Assembly: GCA_965197725.1 (NCBI GenBank)
Contig: CBDANQ010000049.1
Location: forward strand, 1 to 64,000
Direction: 5' to 3'
Origin: Longimicrobiales bacterium
GTDB taxonomy: Bacteria; Gemmatimonadota; Gemmatimonadetes; Longimicrobiales; Gaopeijiaceae
Length of the DNA: 64,000 bases
The notes beneath the pieces were generated by a model. It was not told where the DNA came from. It did no database searches and saw only the letters and a list, made by a program, of their open reading frames with translations. Positions 9,442-20,241 of the stretch are shown here, piece by piece. Numbering within the stretch: position 1 is the stretch's first letter; each line of letters begins with the position of its first letter. The translations under genes and the position numbers were made by a program.

Positions 9442-10386
9442 GTGACTACGCCTCCTCGTCGTTCCTTGGCTGAACACGCGCAAGCGCCATCTGCGCGGCC
9501 CACCCCCCTTTCCGATCACCCTCCTCGGACCTCTCTCATCCGGCGTGCGGTCCGGCGCCTCCAGGGCGGACCCACGCACACGCTCGATCTCGCCCGCGAC
9601 GTGCTCGGACTTTCTGGACATCCTGGGGCGGCTTCGGCGGCCGTCTTCCAGCTGCTCGGGGCCGATCCCCGCTTTCTGGTAGACGACGAAGGCGCGTGGA
9701 GCCTCGACCCCACTCTGGCGCCGCTTGGTGCTCCCCTGTCCGAGGTGCCGTTCGCGGTGGTCGACGTGGAGACCACCGGGGGCCGGGCGTGGATCGGTCA
9801 CCGCATCGTGGAGATCGCCATCGTAGAAGTGCGGGACGGAGCGATCGTCGACGAATACGAGACGCTTGTGAATCCGGGGCAGGGCATTCCGTCGATGATC
9901 ACGTCCCTCACCGGCATCACGAGCGACATGACGGCGGTTGCGCCCTACTTCGAGCACATCGCCGAGGACGTGGCGGGCCGCCTCGAGGGACGGGCGTTCG
10001 TGGCTCACAACGCGACTTTCGACTGGAGCTTCGTTTCGGCCGAGCTCGTGCGCGCGAATGTGAACGTACCGAACGTGCCCAAACTGTGCACTGTGCGCAT
10101 GGTGCGGCGCCTAGTCCCGGCGCTCCGGCACAGGAATCTCGACGTCGTGACCAGGCATTTCGGGGTCGACGTCCACGCCCGGCACCGCGCTCACGGGGAC
10201 GCGCTCGCAACGGCTAGGGTCCTGCTGCGTCTGCTGGACGAAGCGCGCGGGAGAGGCGTCGAGGATCTTGCGACGCTACAGTGGTACCTCAAGCGTCGGC
10301 GACAGCGCAAAGAATTCAACCCGGACCAGTACGCTCTGGAGCTTCCCGGCTACGAGCAGCGGACGAGAAGACGCCGATGGCGGTGA
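9442..10386 (+). CDS. DnaQ-like DEDDh 3'-5' exonuclease with N-terminal extension
   Basis: VVDVETTG, VAHNATFD, HRAHGDA motifs. Confidence 0.9.
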   Translation: MTTPPRRSLAEHAQAPSARPTPLSDHPPRTSLIRRAVRRLQGGPTHTLDLARDVLGLSGHPGAASAAVFQLLGADPRFLVDDEGAWSLDPTLAPLGAPLSEVPFAVVDVETTGGRAWIGHRIVEIAIVEVRDGAIVDEYETLVNPGQGIPSMITSLTGITSDMTAVAPYFEHIAEDVAGRLEGRAFVAHNATFDWSFVSAELVRANVNVPNVPKLCTVRMVRRLVPALRHRNLDVVTRHFGVDVHARHRAHGDALATARVLLRLLDEARGRGVEDLATLQWYLKRRRQRKEFNPDQYALELPGYEQRTRRRRWR

Positions 10387-11258
10387 CCGCCGCGGATCTT
10401 CCGCTCAGCCTCGCGACGGACATCGGATCGATCCGCATCCACGTCATTGAGGCCGGCCTTCAGTGGCTCGACGGAGGAGCGATGTTCGGGGTGGTGCCGA
10501 AACCCCTGTGGGAGCGGCGGATCCCGGCCGACGACCGCAACCGGATTCCCCTCGCTCTGCGCTGCCTGCTCATCGAGGCGCCCAACGCCCTGGTCCTCGT
10601 AGATACCGGAATCGGTGGCAAAGAGAGCGGAAAGTTCATCGACCTCTATGGCGTCGACAACGCGGGTGAGCCGACACGCCTCGAGGATGGGATTCGCGAC
10701 GCCGGGTTCGAGCCGGAAGACATCGACATCGTGCTCAATACGCATCTCCACTTCGATCATGCGGGGGGAAACACCTTCCTGGACCCGGGCGGCGCGCTGA
10801 GGCCGGCCTTCCCGCAGGCCCGCCACATGGTACAGAAGGCGGAGTTCGACTTCGCTCGGGGCGGCAACGAACGCGTGCGAGCAAGCTATCTCTCAAAGAA
10901 TTTCGAGCCCGTAGCGGAAGCCGACCTGTGGGACTTCGTCGAGGGCGACGCCGAGATCACGGATGGTGTGAGCGTTATGCGCACCCCCGGGCATACTCCA
11001 CACCACCACTCCGTGCTCGTGACCAGCGGAGGGGATACCGCCTGCTACTTGGCGGACGTCTGCCCGACGTCGGCGCACATGCCGCTCCCGTGGATCATGG
11101 GGTACGATATCGAGCCGCTGGTGACGCTCGAGTCGAAGCGCTCGCTGTGGACGCAGGCCCGACGAGGGGAGTGGCTGTTGGTCTTCGAACACGATGCCAG
11201 CGTGCCCTGGGGTCGGCTCGATCCCGACTCGGAAAGGCCCCGCCTGCGGGAGGAGTAG
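10377..11258 (+). CDS. MBL-fold metallo-hydrolase (YtnP-like)
   Basis: LDGGAMFGVVPKPLW, THLHFDHAGG, TPGHT, MGYD, FEHD. Confidence 0.92.
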   Translation: MAVTAADLPLSLATDIGSIRIHVIEAGLQWLDGGAMFGVVPKPLWERRIPADDRNRIPLALRCLLIEAPNALVLVDTGIGGKESGKFIDLYGVDNAGEPTRLEDGIRDAGFEPEDIDIVLNTHLHFDHAGGNTFLDPGGALRPAFPQARHMVQKAEFDFARGGNERVRASYLSKNFEPVAEADLWDFVEGDAEITDGVSVMRTPGHTPHHHSVLVTSGGDTACYLADVCPTSAHMPLPWIMGYDIEPLVTLESKRSLWTQARRGEWLLVFEHDASVPWGRLDPDSERPRLREE

Positions 11259-11371
11259 ACCGCGGCGCGGCCACTCTGGCCGAGGTGACCGCACCCCCCG
11301 GTTTCGATAACTTGAAGGGCTAGTGAGGGAGCGGCGGTACCGGCAAATAAAGACACCGAGTTGGGCTTTTC

Positions 11372-12586
11372 ATGACTGATAAATCGACTACCCCTGTCAT
11401 CCTGAAAGGGGGCGCCCGGACACCGATTGGACGGTTCCTGGGTGGGCTCAGCCCGCTCTCGGCACCCGCGTTGGGCGCGATCGCCGTCCGCGCCGCGATC
11501 GGGCGTGCCGGCATCGAGGTCATCGACCTCGACGAAGTCATCATGGGCAACGTCGTGTCCGCTGGAGGAGGCCAGGCTCCGGCCCGCCAGGCCGCCGTGA
11601 ACGGCGGTGTGCCGGCGACGATTCCTGCGCTGACCATCAACAAGGTTTGCGGTTCGGGGCTCAAGGCGGTCATGCTCGCGGCACAGGCCGTGCGGGCGGG
11701 TGATGCCCGGCTCGTGCTGGCCGGTGGCATGGAGTCGATGTCCAATGTGCCTTTCTATGCCCGTGGCCTGCGCAGTGGCGTGAAGTTGGGGAACCAAGCT
11801 CTCGAGGATGGACTGATCCACGATGGCCTGTGGTGCTCGTTCGGGGCCTGCCACATGGGTGGGCACGCAGAGTACACAGCCGACAAGGCAGGGGTCACGC
11901 GCACCGAGGCCGACGAGTTCTCGCTGCGCTCGCACCAGAAGGCGGTGGCCGCGATCGAAGAGGGGCGGTTCAGGGACGAGATCGTTCCGGTCGAGGTCAA
12001 GGGCGGTCGCGGCGTGACGATCGTCGACACGGACGAGAGCCCGCGGGCCGACAGTTCGCTCGAGGCGTTGGGCAAGCTTCGGCCGGCGTTCGCACATGAC
12101 GCGCCCGAGGGGATCAACAAGCACGTTGTCACCGCTGGAAATGCCCCTGGCCTCAACGACGGAGCGGCAGCGGTGGTCGTGGCCTCGCTCGAGTACGCCG
12201 AGGCGCACGGGCTCGAAGTGGACGCGGTCATCTCGGCGTACGCCGTCAGCGCTACCGAGCCTCAGGATCTCTTTTTCGCTCCGATCGCAGCGGTGAACAA
12301 CCTGATGCAAAAGGAAGGTAAGCAGATCAGCGACTATGATCTCATCGAGGTGAACGAGGCCTTCGCGGTGCAGGCGATCGCGGACATGCGTGCGCTGGGG
12401 ATGGACGAGGAGCTGGTGAACGTGAACGGAGGTGCGGTTGCGCTGGGCCACCCGATCGGGGCGTCCGGTACGCGCATTCTGGTGACGCTGCTCAACGCGC
12501 TGGAGCGTCGAGGAGCGGGGACCGGGCTCGCAACCCTCTGCCTCGGCGGGGGCAACGCGGTCGCGCTCTCTGTGGAGAAGGCGTAA
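11372..12586 (+). CDS. Acetyl-CoA acetyltransferase (thiolase)
   Basis: [26 protein letters not shown]. Confidence 0.96.
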   Translation: MTDKSTTPVILKGGARTPIGRFLGGLSPLSAPALGAIAVRAAIGRAGIEVIDLDEVIMGNVVSAGGGQAPARQAAVNGGVPATIPALTINKVCGSGLKAVMLAAQAVRAGDARLVLAGGMESMSNVPFYARGLRSGVKLGNQALEDGLIHDGLWCSFGACHMGGHAEYTADKAGVTRTEADEFSLRSHQKAVAAIEEGRFRDEIVPVEVKGGRGVTIVDTDESPRADSSLEALGKLRPAFAHDAPEGINKHVVTAGNAPGLNDGAAAVVVASLEYAEAHGLEVDAVISAYAVSATEPQDLFFAPIAAVNNLMQKEGKQISDYDLIEVNEAFAVQAIADMRALGMDEELVNVNGGAVALGHPIGASGTRILVTLLNALERRGAGTGLATLCLGGGNAVALSVEKA

Positions 12587-12591
12587 CACCC

Positions 12592-13530
12592 TTGCCCCCA
12601 ACACTCTTGCCGAAAGGAGTGCTCCGAGGCCTTGTCCTCACGGGGACGGGCGGGCGGCTCCGGGTAGGCTGGCGCCTTCTGTTCTTCGTGCTCACCGCAA
12701 CGCTCGTCGGGCTGACGGTGGCGATGCTTCTTCCGGCGCGGACCCAGTCCGGCTCGGTGATGCTGCTCTCCGGGGCTCTGGTGGGAGGGTGGGCCACGCT
12801 TGCCCTCGACGGGCGAACTCCGGGCGCGCTCGGCTTCTACTTGAGTCCGGTCGCGGGACGCGAAGCCGCGGTGGGGCTCGGGCTCGGAGTGGTAGTGGCG
12901 ATGGTGGTAGTGCTCGCAATGGTCGCCCTCGGCGGTTTGCGCTGGTCGGCCCAGCCCGGCACGGTTGGCGCCTGGGTGGTGGGCAGCGCGAGTGCATTGC
13001 TGTTTCTAACGCTGCCCGCGGCGGCCGAGGAAGCTCTGCTGAGGGGATACCCCCTCCAGGCGCTCGCCGAGGCATGGGGCCCATCCGCGGCATTGCTCGT
13101 TACGTCGATCGCCTTCGGGGCCGTGCACTTCCCCAACCCCGAGGTGACGTGGTTGGCGCTGGCGAACATTGCGGCGGCGGGATTGTTGCTCGGTGCCGTG
13201 TACCTGCGTACCGGAAGCCTGTGGTGGACCACCGGGGTGCACCTGGGCTGGAACTGGGGACACGGGTACCTGGCCGATGTGCCGGTTAGTGGTCTGGAGC
13301 TGTTGGACGCGCCCTTCTACGACGGCGTCGCCCAGGGCCCCAGCTGGCTCGGTGGTGGTGGATTCGGACCTGAAGGCAGCGCGCTCGCGACCGTAGTGGT
13401 CTTGGCGGCCGCGGCGGCGTGCTGGTGGGGGCCCTGGCTGCGGCCTGGAGAGGCGGCTTTGCGTACGTCGCCGTTGGCGGTAACGGACCTGCGCCGGCCC
13501 AGAGGGCCCCAAGGAGCGATCGCGGCATGA
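12592..13530 (+). CDS. CPBP/CAAX-family intramembrane metalloprotease
   Basis: [19 protein letters not shown] motifs; multiple TM segments. Confidence 0.88.
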   Translation: MPPTLLPKGVLRGLVLTGTGGRLRVGWRLLFFVLTATLVGLTVAMLLPARTQSGSVMLLSGALVGGWATLALDGRTPGALGFYLSPVAGREAAVGLGLGVVVAMVVVLAMVALGGLRWSAQPGTVGAWVVGSASALLFLTLPAAAEEALLRGYPLQALAEAWGPSAALLVTSIAFGAVHFPNPEVTWLALANIAAAGLLLGAVYLRTGSLWWTTGVHLGWNWGHGYLADVPVSGLELLDAPFYDGVAQGPSWLGGGGFGPEGSALATVVVLAAAAACWWGPWLRPGEAALRTSPLAVTDLRRPRGPQGAIAA

Positions 13531-14381
13531 GTATCCACCGAATCGCTGTGCTTGGCGCAGGCACGATGGGTAACGGCATTGCCCATGTCGCAGCTCAGCA
13601 CGGTAGGGAAGTGCGATTGCTCGATGTTTCGCCAGAAGCTCTGGAAAGGGCGACGGCGACCATCGCCAAGGACCTAGACCGGCAGGTCGAGAAGGAGATT
13701 CTGGACGAGTTCGCTCGTGATGCGACGCTCGCCCGCATCGAGACAGGCACGGACCTAGCGGCCGGGGCCGAGGGCGTCGATCTCGTCATCGAGGCCGTGC
13801 CCGAGAAGGCGCAGCTCAAGTACGACCTCTTCGAGACACTCGATCTCGCGGCGGGGCCCGATACCATTCTAGCGAGCAATACCTCGTCCATTTCAATCAC
13901 CGAGATTGCCGCGCATACGTCGTGCCCCGACAGGGTGATCGGCATGCACTTCATGAATCCGGTTCCCGTCATGAAGCTCGTCGAAGTGATCCGGGGTCTC
14001 GCCACGAGTGACGAGACGACACGCGCGACCCTCGAGCTCGCCGAGGAGTTTGGGAAGACTCCCGTGGAGGTGAACGACTTCCCGGGCTTCGTGTCCAACC
14101 GCGTCCTCATGCCGATGATCAACGAGGCGGTGACAGCTCTAATGGAGGGTGTGGCGGAACCCGAGGCGATCGACACGGTGATGAAACTCGGCTTGAACCA
14201 CCCCATGGGACCATTGGAGCTCGCCGACCTGATCGGGCTGGATACCTGCCTGAACATCCTCGAAGTGCTGCACCGCGAGTTGGGAGACGACCGATACCGG
14301 CCGTCGCCGCTGCTGCGGAAGTACGTCGCCGCGGGCTGGCATGGCCGAAAAAGCGGCCGCGGCTTCTACGGCTATGAGTAG
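13527..14381 (+). CDS. hbd: 3-hydroxybutyryl-CoA dehydrogenase
   Basis: [48 protein letters not shown]. Confidence 0.92.
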   Translation: MSIHRIAVLGAGTMGNGIAHVAAQHGREVRLLDVSPEALERATATIAKDLDRQVEKEILDEFARDATLARIETGTDLAAGAEGVDLVIEAVPEKAQLKYDLFETLDLAAGPDTILASNTSSISITEIAAHTSCPDRVIGMHFMNPVPVMKLVEVIRGLATSDETTRATLELAEEFGKTPVEVNDFPGFVSNRVLMPMINEAVTALMEGVAEPEAIDTVMKLGLNHPMGPLELADLIGLDTCLNILEVLHRELGDDRYRPSPLLRKYVAAGWHGRKSGRGFYGYE

Positions 14382-14387
14382 TCGACG

Positions 14388-15569
14388 ATGACTTGGACGC
14401 AGGAACAGCTCGAGATACAGGCGCTCGCCCACGAGTTCGCCGAGGGCGAGCTTCGAGGCACATCCGCTGAGTGGGACAGCGCCCGTGACGTCGACGAGGC
14501 GGTGTTCGACAAGCTCGCGGAGCTCGGATTCCTCGGGATGTTGATTCCGGAGGAGTATGGCGGGCTCGACTTCGATCTGGGCACCTATGTGCTGGTGCTC
14601 GAGGAGCTGGCCTGGGGTGATGCCTCGGTGGCGCTCTCGGTGGCGATCCACAACGGACCTGTGGGCGGCCTGTTGCTACGGCACGGGAGCGACGATCAAA
14701 AGCAGCGCTGGCTGCCTGAGCTCGCCTCGGGTGCGTTGCTCGGGGCTTTCGCCCTCTCCGAGCCGGGGGTGGGCAGTGACGCGGGTTCGATCTGTACGAA
14801 GGCGGAGCGATCCGAGACCGGGTGGACGCTGAGTGGCGAAAAGCGTTGGGTCACCAACGGCCGGCGCGCCGGGCTGGTCGTCGCCTTCGCTCGCACGGGG
14901 GAGGACGGCATCAGTGCGTTTCTGGTATCACCTGATGCGGACGGATACACGGTGGGCGCGCGGGAATCGACGATGGGGTTTCGAGCGTCCCAAATCGTGG
15001 GGTTGGAGCTCGACGGCGTGGAGCTCGGTGCCGAGGCGCTGTTGGGTGACTTGGGTCGCGGACTCCCCTACGCGTTGGAAGCTCTCGACCTCGGCCGCGC
15101 CGGCATCGCGGCCCAGGCGGTGGGCATCGGGCGATCTGCCCTGGAGCATGCGGCCAAGTACGCGTTGGAGCGCGAGCAGTTCGATCGGGCGATCGCGGAC
15201 TTCGGCGCGACCCAGGCGAAGCTTGCGGAGATGGCACGCAGGCTCACGGGAGCGCGGCTACTGGCCCACCATGCTGGCGCTGCTATCGAGGCGGCCAAGC
15301 GCGGATCGGGGCATCCCCGCACCGGCACCGACGGGGTAACGAGCCGCACAGCGATGGCGAAGCTCACCGCTTCGGAGGCCGCGACCTGGTCTGCGGACGA
15401 AGCGATTCAGATTTTTGGCGGGTACGGCTTCATGCGTCACTACCCGGTCGAGCAGCTTCTGCGAGATGCTAAGGGTACCGAGATTTACGAAGGAACCAAC
15501 GAGATCATGAGAGTGGTGATCGCCCGCGAAGTGCTGCGGGACGCGGCGAACGACTTAGAAGGCTGTTGA
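14388..15569 (+). CDS. Acyl-CoA dehydrogenase
   Basis: FALSEPGVGSDA, GEKRWVTNG, REQF, QIFGGYG, IYEGTNEI. Confidence 0.95.
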   Translation: MTWTQEQLEIQALAHEFAEGELRGTSAEWDSARDVDEAVFDKLAELGFLGMLIPEEYGGLDFDLGTYVLVLEELAWGDASVALSVAIHNGPVGGLLLRHGSDDQKQRWLPELASGALLGAFALSEPGVGSDAGSICTKAERSETGWTLSGEKRWVTNGRRAGLVVAFARTGEDGISAFLVSPDADGYTVGARESTMGFRASQIVGLELDGVELGAEALLGDLGRGLPYALEALDLGRAGIAAQAVGIGRSALEHAAKYALEREQFDRAIADFGATQAKLAEMARRLTGARLLAHHAGAAIEAAKRGSGHPRTGTDGVTSRTAMAKLTASEAATWSADEAIQIFGGYGFMRHYPVEQLLRDAKGTEIYEGTNEIMRVVIAREVLRDAANDLEGC

Positions 15570-15613
15570 AGCAGCAGGCACCAAGACCTGGAACGCGTTA
15601 GCGCATACCGAGC

Positions 15614-16675
15614 ATGGAAATATTCGACTTGATGTCCGAGCGGAAGCACGAGCAGCTCGTGTTCTGGAACGACTCCGACCTCGGATATAGGGGCATCATC
15701 GCCATCCACGATACCACCATGGGACCGGCGCTGGGCGGAACTCGCTACTGGGACTACGAGAACGATCGAGACGCGGTCATCGACGCGCTCCGCCTCTCGC
15801 GAGGCATGACGTACAAGGCAGCGATCGCCGGCCTCAACCTCGGCGGTGGCAAGTCGGTCATCTGGGGAGACAACCGCCTGGCTGACCGGGAGATGATCTT
15901 CCGAGCGCACGGCCGCGCCGTCGACTCGCTGCACGGTCGCTACATCACCGCGGAAGACGTGGGGACGTCGCCGGACGACATGGAGTACATCAGCATGGAG
16001 ACCGAATACGTGGTCGGGCGGCATGGACGCTCGGGCGATCCGTCTCCGGTTACCGCGTACGGGGTGTACCGTGGCATCAAGGCGTGTGCAGCGATCAAGT
16101 ACGGAGACGATTCCTTGGCCGGTCGTCACGTCGCGGTGCAGGGCCTCGGCCGTGTCGGCTACTACCTGTGTGGCGATTTGGCTCAGGAAGGCGCCAGGCT
16201 CACGGTCACAGACATCGATCCGGGGCGCGTGAGGCGGGTCGCCGAGGAGTTCGGAGCCCAGACGGTTGCGGCGGACGACATCTATGACATCGATGCCGAC
16301 ATCTTCGCCCCCTGCGCTTTGGGCGCGGTCGTCAATGACGACACGATCGACTTGCTCCAGGTCGACATCGTCGCGGGGGCCGCAAACAACCAGCTGGCAC
16401 GCGGGCAAATCCATGGGCCGGCGCTCCACGAGCGGGACATTCTGTACGCGCCCGACTACGTGATCAACGCCGGTGGGCTCATCAACGTATATGGAGAGCT
16501 GAACGACTGGACCGCGGATCGCAGCAAGTGGAAGGCCGGGGAGATCTACGGCACGCTTCTCCGCATCTTCGAGCTTGCCAAGGCCGACGGGATTCCTCCG
16601 CACGTGTCGGCCAACAAGGTTGCGGAGGCGCGCATCTTGGAGGCGAGGCATCTGCAACGGACGTTCCGTACGTGA
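15614..16675 (+). CDS. Leucine dehydrogenase (Glu/Leu/Phe/Val dehydrogenase family)
   Basis: [36 protein letters not shown]. Confidence 0.93.
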   Translation: MEIFDLMSERKHEQLVFWNDSDLGYRGIIAIHDTTMGPALGGTRYWDYENDRDAVIDALRLSRGMTYKAAIAGLNLGGGKSVIWGDNRLADREMIFRAHGRAVDSLHGRYITAEDVGTSPDDMEYISMETEYVVGRHGRSGDPSPVTAYGVYRGIKACAAIKYGDDSLAGRHVAVQGLGRVGYYLCGDLAQEGARLTVTDIDPGRVRRVAEEFGAQTVAADDIYDIDADIFAPCALGAVVNDDTIDLLQVDIVAGAANNQLARGQIHGPALHERDILYAPDYVINAGGLINVYGELNDWTADRSKWKAGEIYGTLLRIFELAKADGIPPHVSANKVAEARILEARHLQRTFRT

Positions 16676-16709
16676 TGGACATTCCTCTCGTGATGGACAG
16701 GCCGTCAAG

Positions 16710-17966
16710 ATGGACCACCTGAAGAAGACCGACCCAGCCGTCTTCGACTCGATCATCTCCGAGGCCCGTCGGCAGGCCGACGGCCTGGAGCTCATCGCGA
16801 GCGAGAACTTCGTCTCCGAGGCCGTGCTCGAGGCGATGGGCACCGTGATGACGAACAAGTATGCGGAGGGGCTGCCATCGAAGCGGTACTACGGCGGTTG
16901 CGAATTTGTTGACGTCGCGGAGGATCTGGCCCGCGACCGAGCCAAACAGCTGTTCGGTGCGGAGCACGTCAACGTGCAGCCGCACTCGGGCGCGCAGGCC
17001 AACATGGCGGCGTACTTCTCGTTCTTGGAGCCCGGGAACAAGATCTTGGGAATGAACCTCAGTCACGGCGGTCATCTCACACACGGCTCACCCGTCAATT
17101 TCAGTGGCCGCCTCTTCGAGATCGTCGCGTATGGAGTGCGGGAAGACGACGGGCGCATCGATTACGATGAGCTTCGAGACCAGGCGCACGCCGAGCGTCC
17201 GAAGATGATCATTGCCGGGGCGAGCGCGTACCCGCGCACGATCGACTTCGCCGCCTTCTCGGAGATCGCGCGGGAAGTCGACGCGCGCTTGGTGGTCGAC
17301 ATGGCGCACATCGCGGGCCTTGTGGCGACTGGGCACCACCCCACCCCGATTCCGCATGCCGACGTCGTGACCACCACGACGCACAAGACGCTGCGGGGTC
17401 CCCGCGGCGGCTTGATCTTTTGCCGCGCAGAGCACGGCAAGGCGATCGACAAGTCGGTCTTCCCGTTCATGCAGGGTGGTCCCCTCATGCACGTGATCGC
17501 GGCCAAGGCGGTGGCGTTGCTCGAAGCCCTGCAGCCTGAATTCAGTGACTACTCCGAGCAGATCGTCGCCAACGCGAAGGCGCTGGGAGAAGGCCTCGTA
17601 GAGCGGGGCTTTCACCTCGTCAGCGGCGGCACGGACAACCACCTCGTACTCGTGGATCTCCGGCCGAGCCATGGCGAGCTGACGGGCAAGGAAGCCGAGG
17701 CGGCACTCGAGGCGTCCGGCATCACCGTGAACAAGAACACGGTACCCGGGGAGACACGCTCACCGTTCGTGACGTCCGGCCTCCGCATCGGAACACCGGC
17801 GCTCACCTCCCGTGGCATGAAGGAAAGCGAGATGGTGCAGATCGCGGCTTGGATCGCGCACGTTCTGGAGGCACCGAGCGACGAAGACCGGATCGCGGGT
17901 GTCGGCGGCGAGGTCAGGGATCTCTGTGCCGCTTTCCCGCTCTATGTGGGATTGGCGGGTCGATAG
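16710..17966 (+). CDS. glyA: Serine hydroxymethyltransferase
   Basis: [33 protein letters not shown]. Confidence 0.98.
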   Translation: MDHLKKTDPAVFDSIISEARRQADGLELIASENFVSEAVLEAMGTVMTNKYAEGLPSKRYYGGCEFVDVAEDLARDRAKQLFGAEHVNVQPHSGAQANMAAYFSFLEPGNKILGMNLSHGGHLTHGSPVNFSGRLFEIVAYGVREDDGRIDYDELRDQAHAERPKMIIAGASAYPRTIDFAAFSEIAREVDARLVVDMAHIAGLVATGHHPTPIPHADVVTTTTHKTLRGPRGGLIFCRAEHGKAIDKSVFPFMQGGPLMHVIAAKAVALLEALQPEFSDYSEQIVANAKALGEGLVERGFHLVSGGTDNHLVLVDLRPSHGELTGKEAEAALEASGITVNKNTVPGETRSPFVTSGLRIGTPALTSRGMKESEMVQIAAWIAHVLEAPSDEDRIAGVGGEVRDLCAAFPLYVGLAGR

Positions 17967-18024
17967 GTGTCTTACGTGGTGCCCCCACTAGCGAACGGCT
18001 TGCTAGAAACCCACATTTCCATCC

Positions 18025-18405
18025 ATGACGGAACTGCAATTCGCGGACGAAGTTCTGGACCAGCTCCAGGAACGAAACCCTCGTTTCGATGCGAGGGCGT
18101 ATTTCTTCGTGCTCGCGGCCTTGCATTCGGTCATCCACTCGCTGGACGAGCCCCGGCACATTTCCGGGCGTGAACTCGCCGACGGGGTGAGGCGCTTGGC
18201 TCTTGAGCGCTTTGGTCCGATGGCGAGGATGGTGCTGGAGCATTGGGGGATTTGCGCAACCGAGGATGTCGGGGGTGTTGTGTTCGCGTTGGTGGAGCAG
18301 GGGATTCTCATCAAGCAGGACGAGGATCGCCCGGAGGACTTTGCCGACGTGTTCGACTTCGAAGAGGCTTTCGAGCTGAGTTATCCCTGGGCAGCTCGAT
18401 TCTAA
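18025..18405 (+). CDS. Conserved hypothetical protein (Minf_1886-like)
   Basis: AYFFV...HISGREL...FGPMARMVLEHWG...DF pattern recognised by eye. Confidence 0.75.
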   Translation: MTELQFADEVLDQLQERNPRFDARAYFFVLAALHSVIHSLDEPRHISGRELADGVRRLALERFGPMARMVLEHWGICATEDVGGVVFALVEQGILIKQDEDRPEDFADVFDFEEAFELSYPWAARF

Positions 18406-18440
18406 CCGCATCGTTGCCACGCTGAGGGGAGGGGTTGCAC

Positions 18441-18638
18441 ATGGAGGGGGAACAGGGATTTCCGCGCTGCCTGAAGTGCGAGGTCGGTCTTCTGCTGCCG
18501 CTCTCGGACTACGGCAGGGACGGTGCGGCGATTCGCTACAAAGCGTGGGTGTGCTCCAGGCCGGATTGCGGCTTCAACATCCGGATCGACAACGGCGAGA
18601 TCAGCATCGGCCGCACGATCGGGCAGAGCTACAAGTAG
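18441..18638 (+). CDS. Small putative zinc-finger protein
   Basis: CLKC...WVCSRPDC; GGAGG RBS upstream; fills the gap between two genes. Confidence 0.7.
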   Translation: MEGEQGFPRCLKCEVGLLLPLSDYGRDGAAIRYKAWVCSRPDCGFNIRIDNGEISIGRTIGQSYK

Positions 18639-18662
18639 AACCCGTCGCAGACCCCACAGCTC

Positions 18663-20240
18663 ATGGCCGGTCTCCACCCGCCACTCCGCCCTTATGCACG
18701 CCTGGACGTGCTCGCGCCCACCGGAACGGAGGCCGAGGCACTCGATAGCACGGCGATCGAGACCCACGGCGTGCCTCAGCCCGTGCTCATGGAGAACGCG
18801 GGGCGGGCGGCCGCGATGATCGTGCAACGCCTCCGCCCGCACGGCCGGGTGGTGGGCGTGGTGGGGTCGGGCAACAACGGCGGGGATGCGCTCGTGTTGC
18901 TCAGGACATTACGGGCGTGGGGTCGTGACGTCCTTGCGCTTGTCGTGGCCGACCGGCCCTTGGAGGACCCCCTGCTGCACGGCTGGGACGTCCCCGTGCG
19001 CACGGACGAGGGACTCGGCAGGGAAGGATGGCGAGACCTGCTCGGGGAAGCGAGCGTCGTCGTGGACGGGGTGCTCGGCACGGGCCTGCGGGGCGCCCCC
19101 CGGGAGCGGCAGCGCGCCGTGATCGAGCACATCAACGCCTTGGGTCGCTGGGTTCTTTCGATCGACGTGCCATCCGGCATCGACTCCGGGACAGGGGGCA
19201 TGCCGGGCAGCGCGGTGCGAGCGACGGTCACGGTCGCCTTTGGCGCGCCGAAGCTCGGAAGCCTTCTGCATCCGGCGCGTTTACTTGCCGGTCGGTTGAT
19301 CGCGGTCGAGATCGCCTTTCCACCGTGGAACCATGTGGACGTGACCGCGCGAGTGGTCACGCCCTCCTGGGCCCAGGCCCGTCTCCCGCACCGGGATCCG
19401 GACACACACAAGAACGCCGTGGGTCGTGTGCTCGTGGTCGCGGGACAGCAAGGCATGGCCGGCGCCGCGGTTCTCGCAGTGCGCGCGTCGCTGAGCGCTG
19501 GGGCGGGTCTTGTGAGGATCTGCTCCGCACCGGAGAACCGCGAGATCGTGCAGAGTGCGGTACCGGAGGCGATCTACGTCGATCCCGGCGATCCACAGTC
19601 GTTTGTCGCGGCCATCGAGCAGTGCGACGCAGTCGGCCTTGGGCCGGGCCTCGGCACGGACACGTTCGGACGGGAGCTTGCCACGGCGGTCGCGACCGGT
19701 CCGCCTCGACCCGTAGTGGTGGACGCCGACGCGCTCAACTTGGCGTCCCAAGGCGCACTCGACTTGGCCTTGCTGGCCTCGACGAGAGCGGTTCTGGCGA
19801 CTCCCCACGCCGGCGAGATGGCGCGGCTGCTCGGCACTGACGTGGCCAAGGTCCAGTCGGACCGGATCGCGGCGCTCGGCCGTGCTGTAGACGCGAACGG
19901 ATACGCGCTGTTGCTCAAGGGGGCTCCTTCATTGGTCGCGGCGCCGGGAGGCGAGGTGCACGTCGACTCTCAGGGTTCGTCCGACTTCGCATCCGCGGGC
20001 ATGGGCGACGCGCTGACGGGCGTGTGCGCATCGCTCCTGGCCCAGGGGCTGGGCGCCACCGAAGCCGGCGTGGTTGGACTCTACCTGACGGGCCGCTCCG
20101 CGCGTCTCGCCGGCCGTGGTCCGGCGCTCACCCCGAGTGACGTGATCCGCTGCCTCCCGGACGCTCTCAGGGAGCGGAGCGTGGGCGTCTCGGACCTCGA
20201 CCTGCCCTTTGTTCTCTACGACGCGGACCCAGCCCGGTGA
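18663..20240 (+). CDS. nnr: Bifunctional NAD(P)H-hydrate epimerase/dehydratase
   Basis: LMENAG, GNNGGD, IDVPSG, DADAL, TPHAGE, GMGDALTG. Confidence 0.93.
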   Translation: MAGLHPPLRPYARLDVLAPTGTEAEALDSTAIETHGVPQPVLMENAGRAAAMIVQRLRPHGRVVGVVGSGNNGGDALVLLRTLRAWGRDVLALVVADRPLEDPLLHGWDVPVRTDEGLGREGWRDLLGEASVVVDGVLGTGLRGAPRERQRAVIEHINALGRWVLSIDVPSGIDSGTGGMPGSAVRATVTVAFGAPKLGSLLHPARLLAGRLIAVEIAFPPWNHVDVTARVVTPSWAQARLPHRDPDTHKNAVGRVLVVAGQQGMAGAAVLAVRASLSAGAGLVRICSAPENREIVQSAVPEAIYVDPGDPQSFVAAIEQCDAVGLGPGLGTDTFGRELATAVATGPPRPVVVDADALNLASQGALDLALLASTRAVLATPHAGEMARLLGTDVAKVQSDRIAALGRAVDANGYALLLKGAPSLVAAPGGEVHVDSQGSSDFASAGMGDALTGVCASLLAQGLGATEAGVVGLYLTGRSARLAGRGPALTPSDVIRCLPDALRERSVGVSDLDLPFVLYDADPAR

Positions 20241-20241
20241 G

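Noticed and set aside
11045..12604. Long antisense ORFs (also 15485-16858, 21746-23185, 27355-28689, 44476-45423)
   Set aside because: Shadows of well-supported genes on the opposite strand in high-GC DNA; no recognisable motifs.
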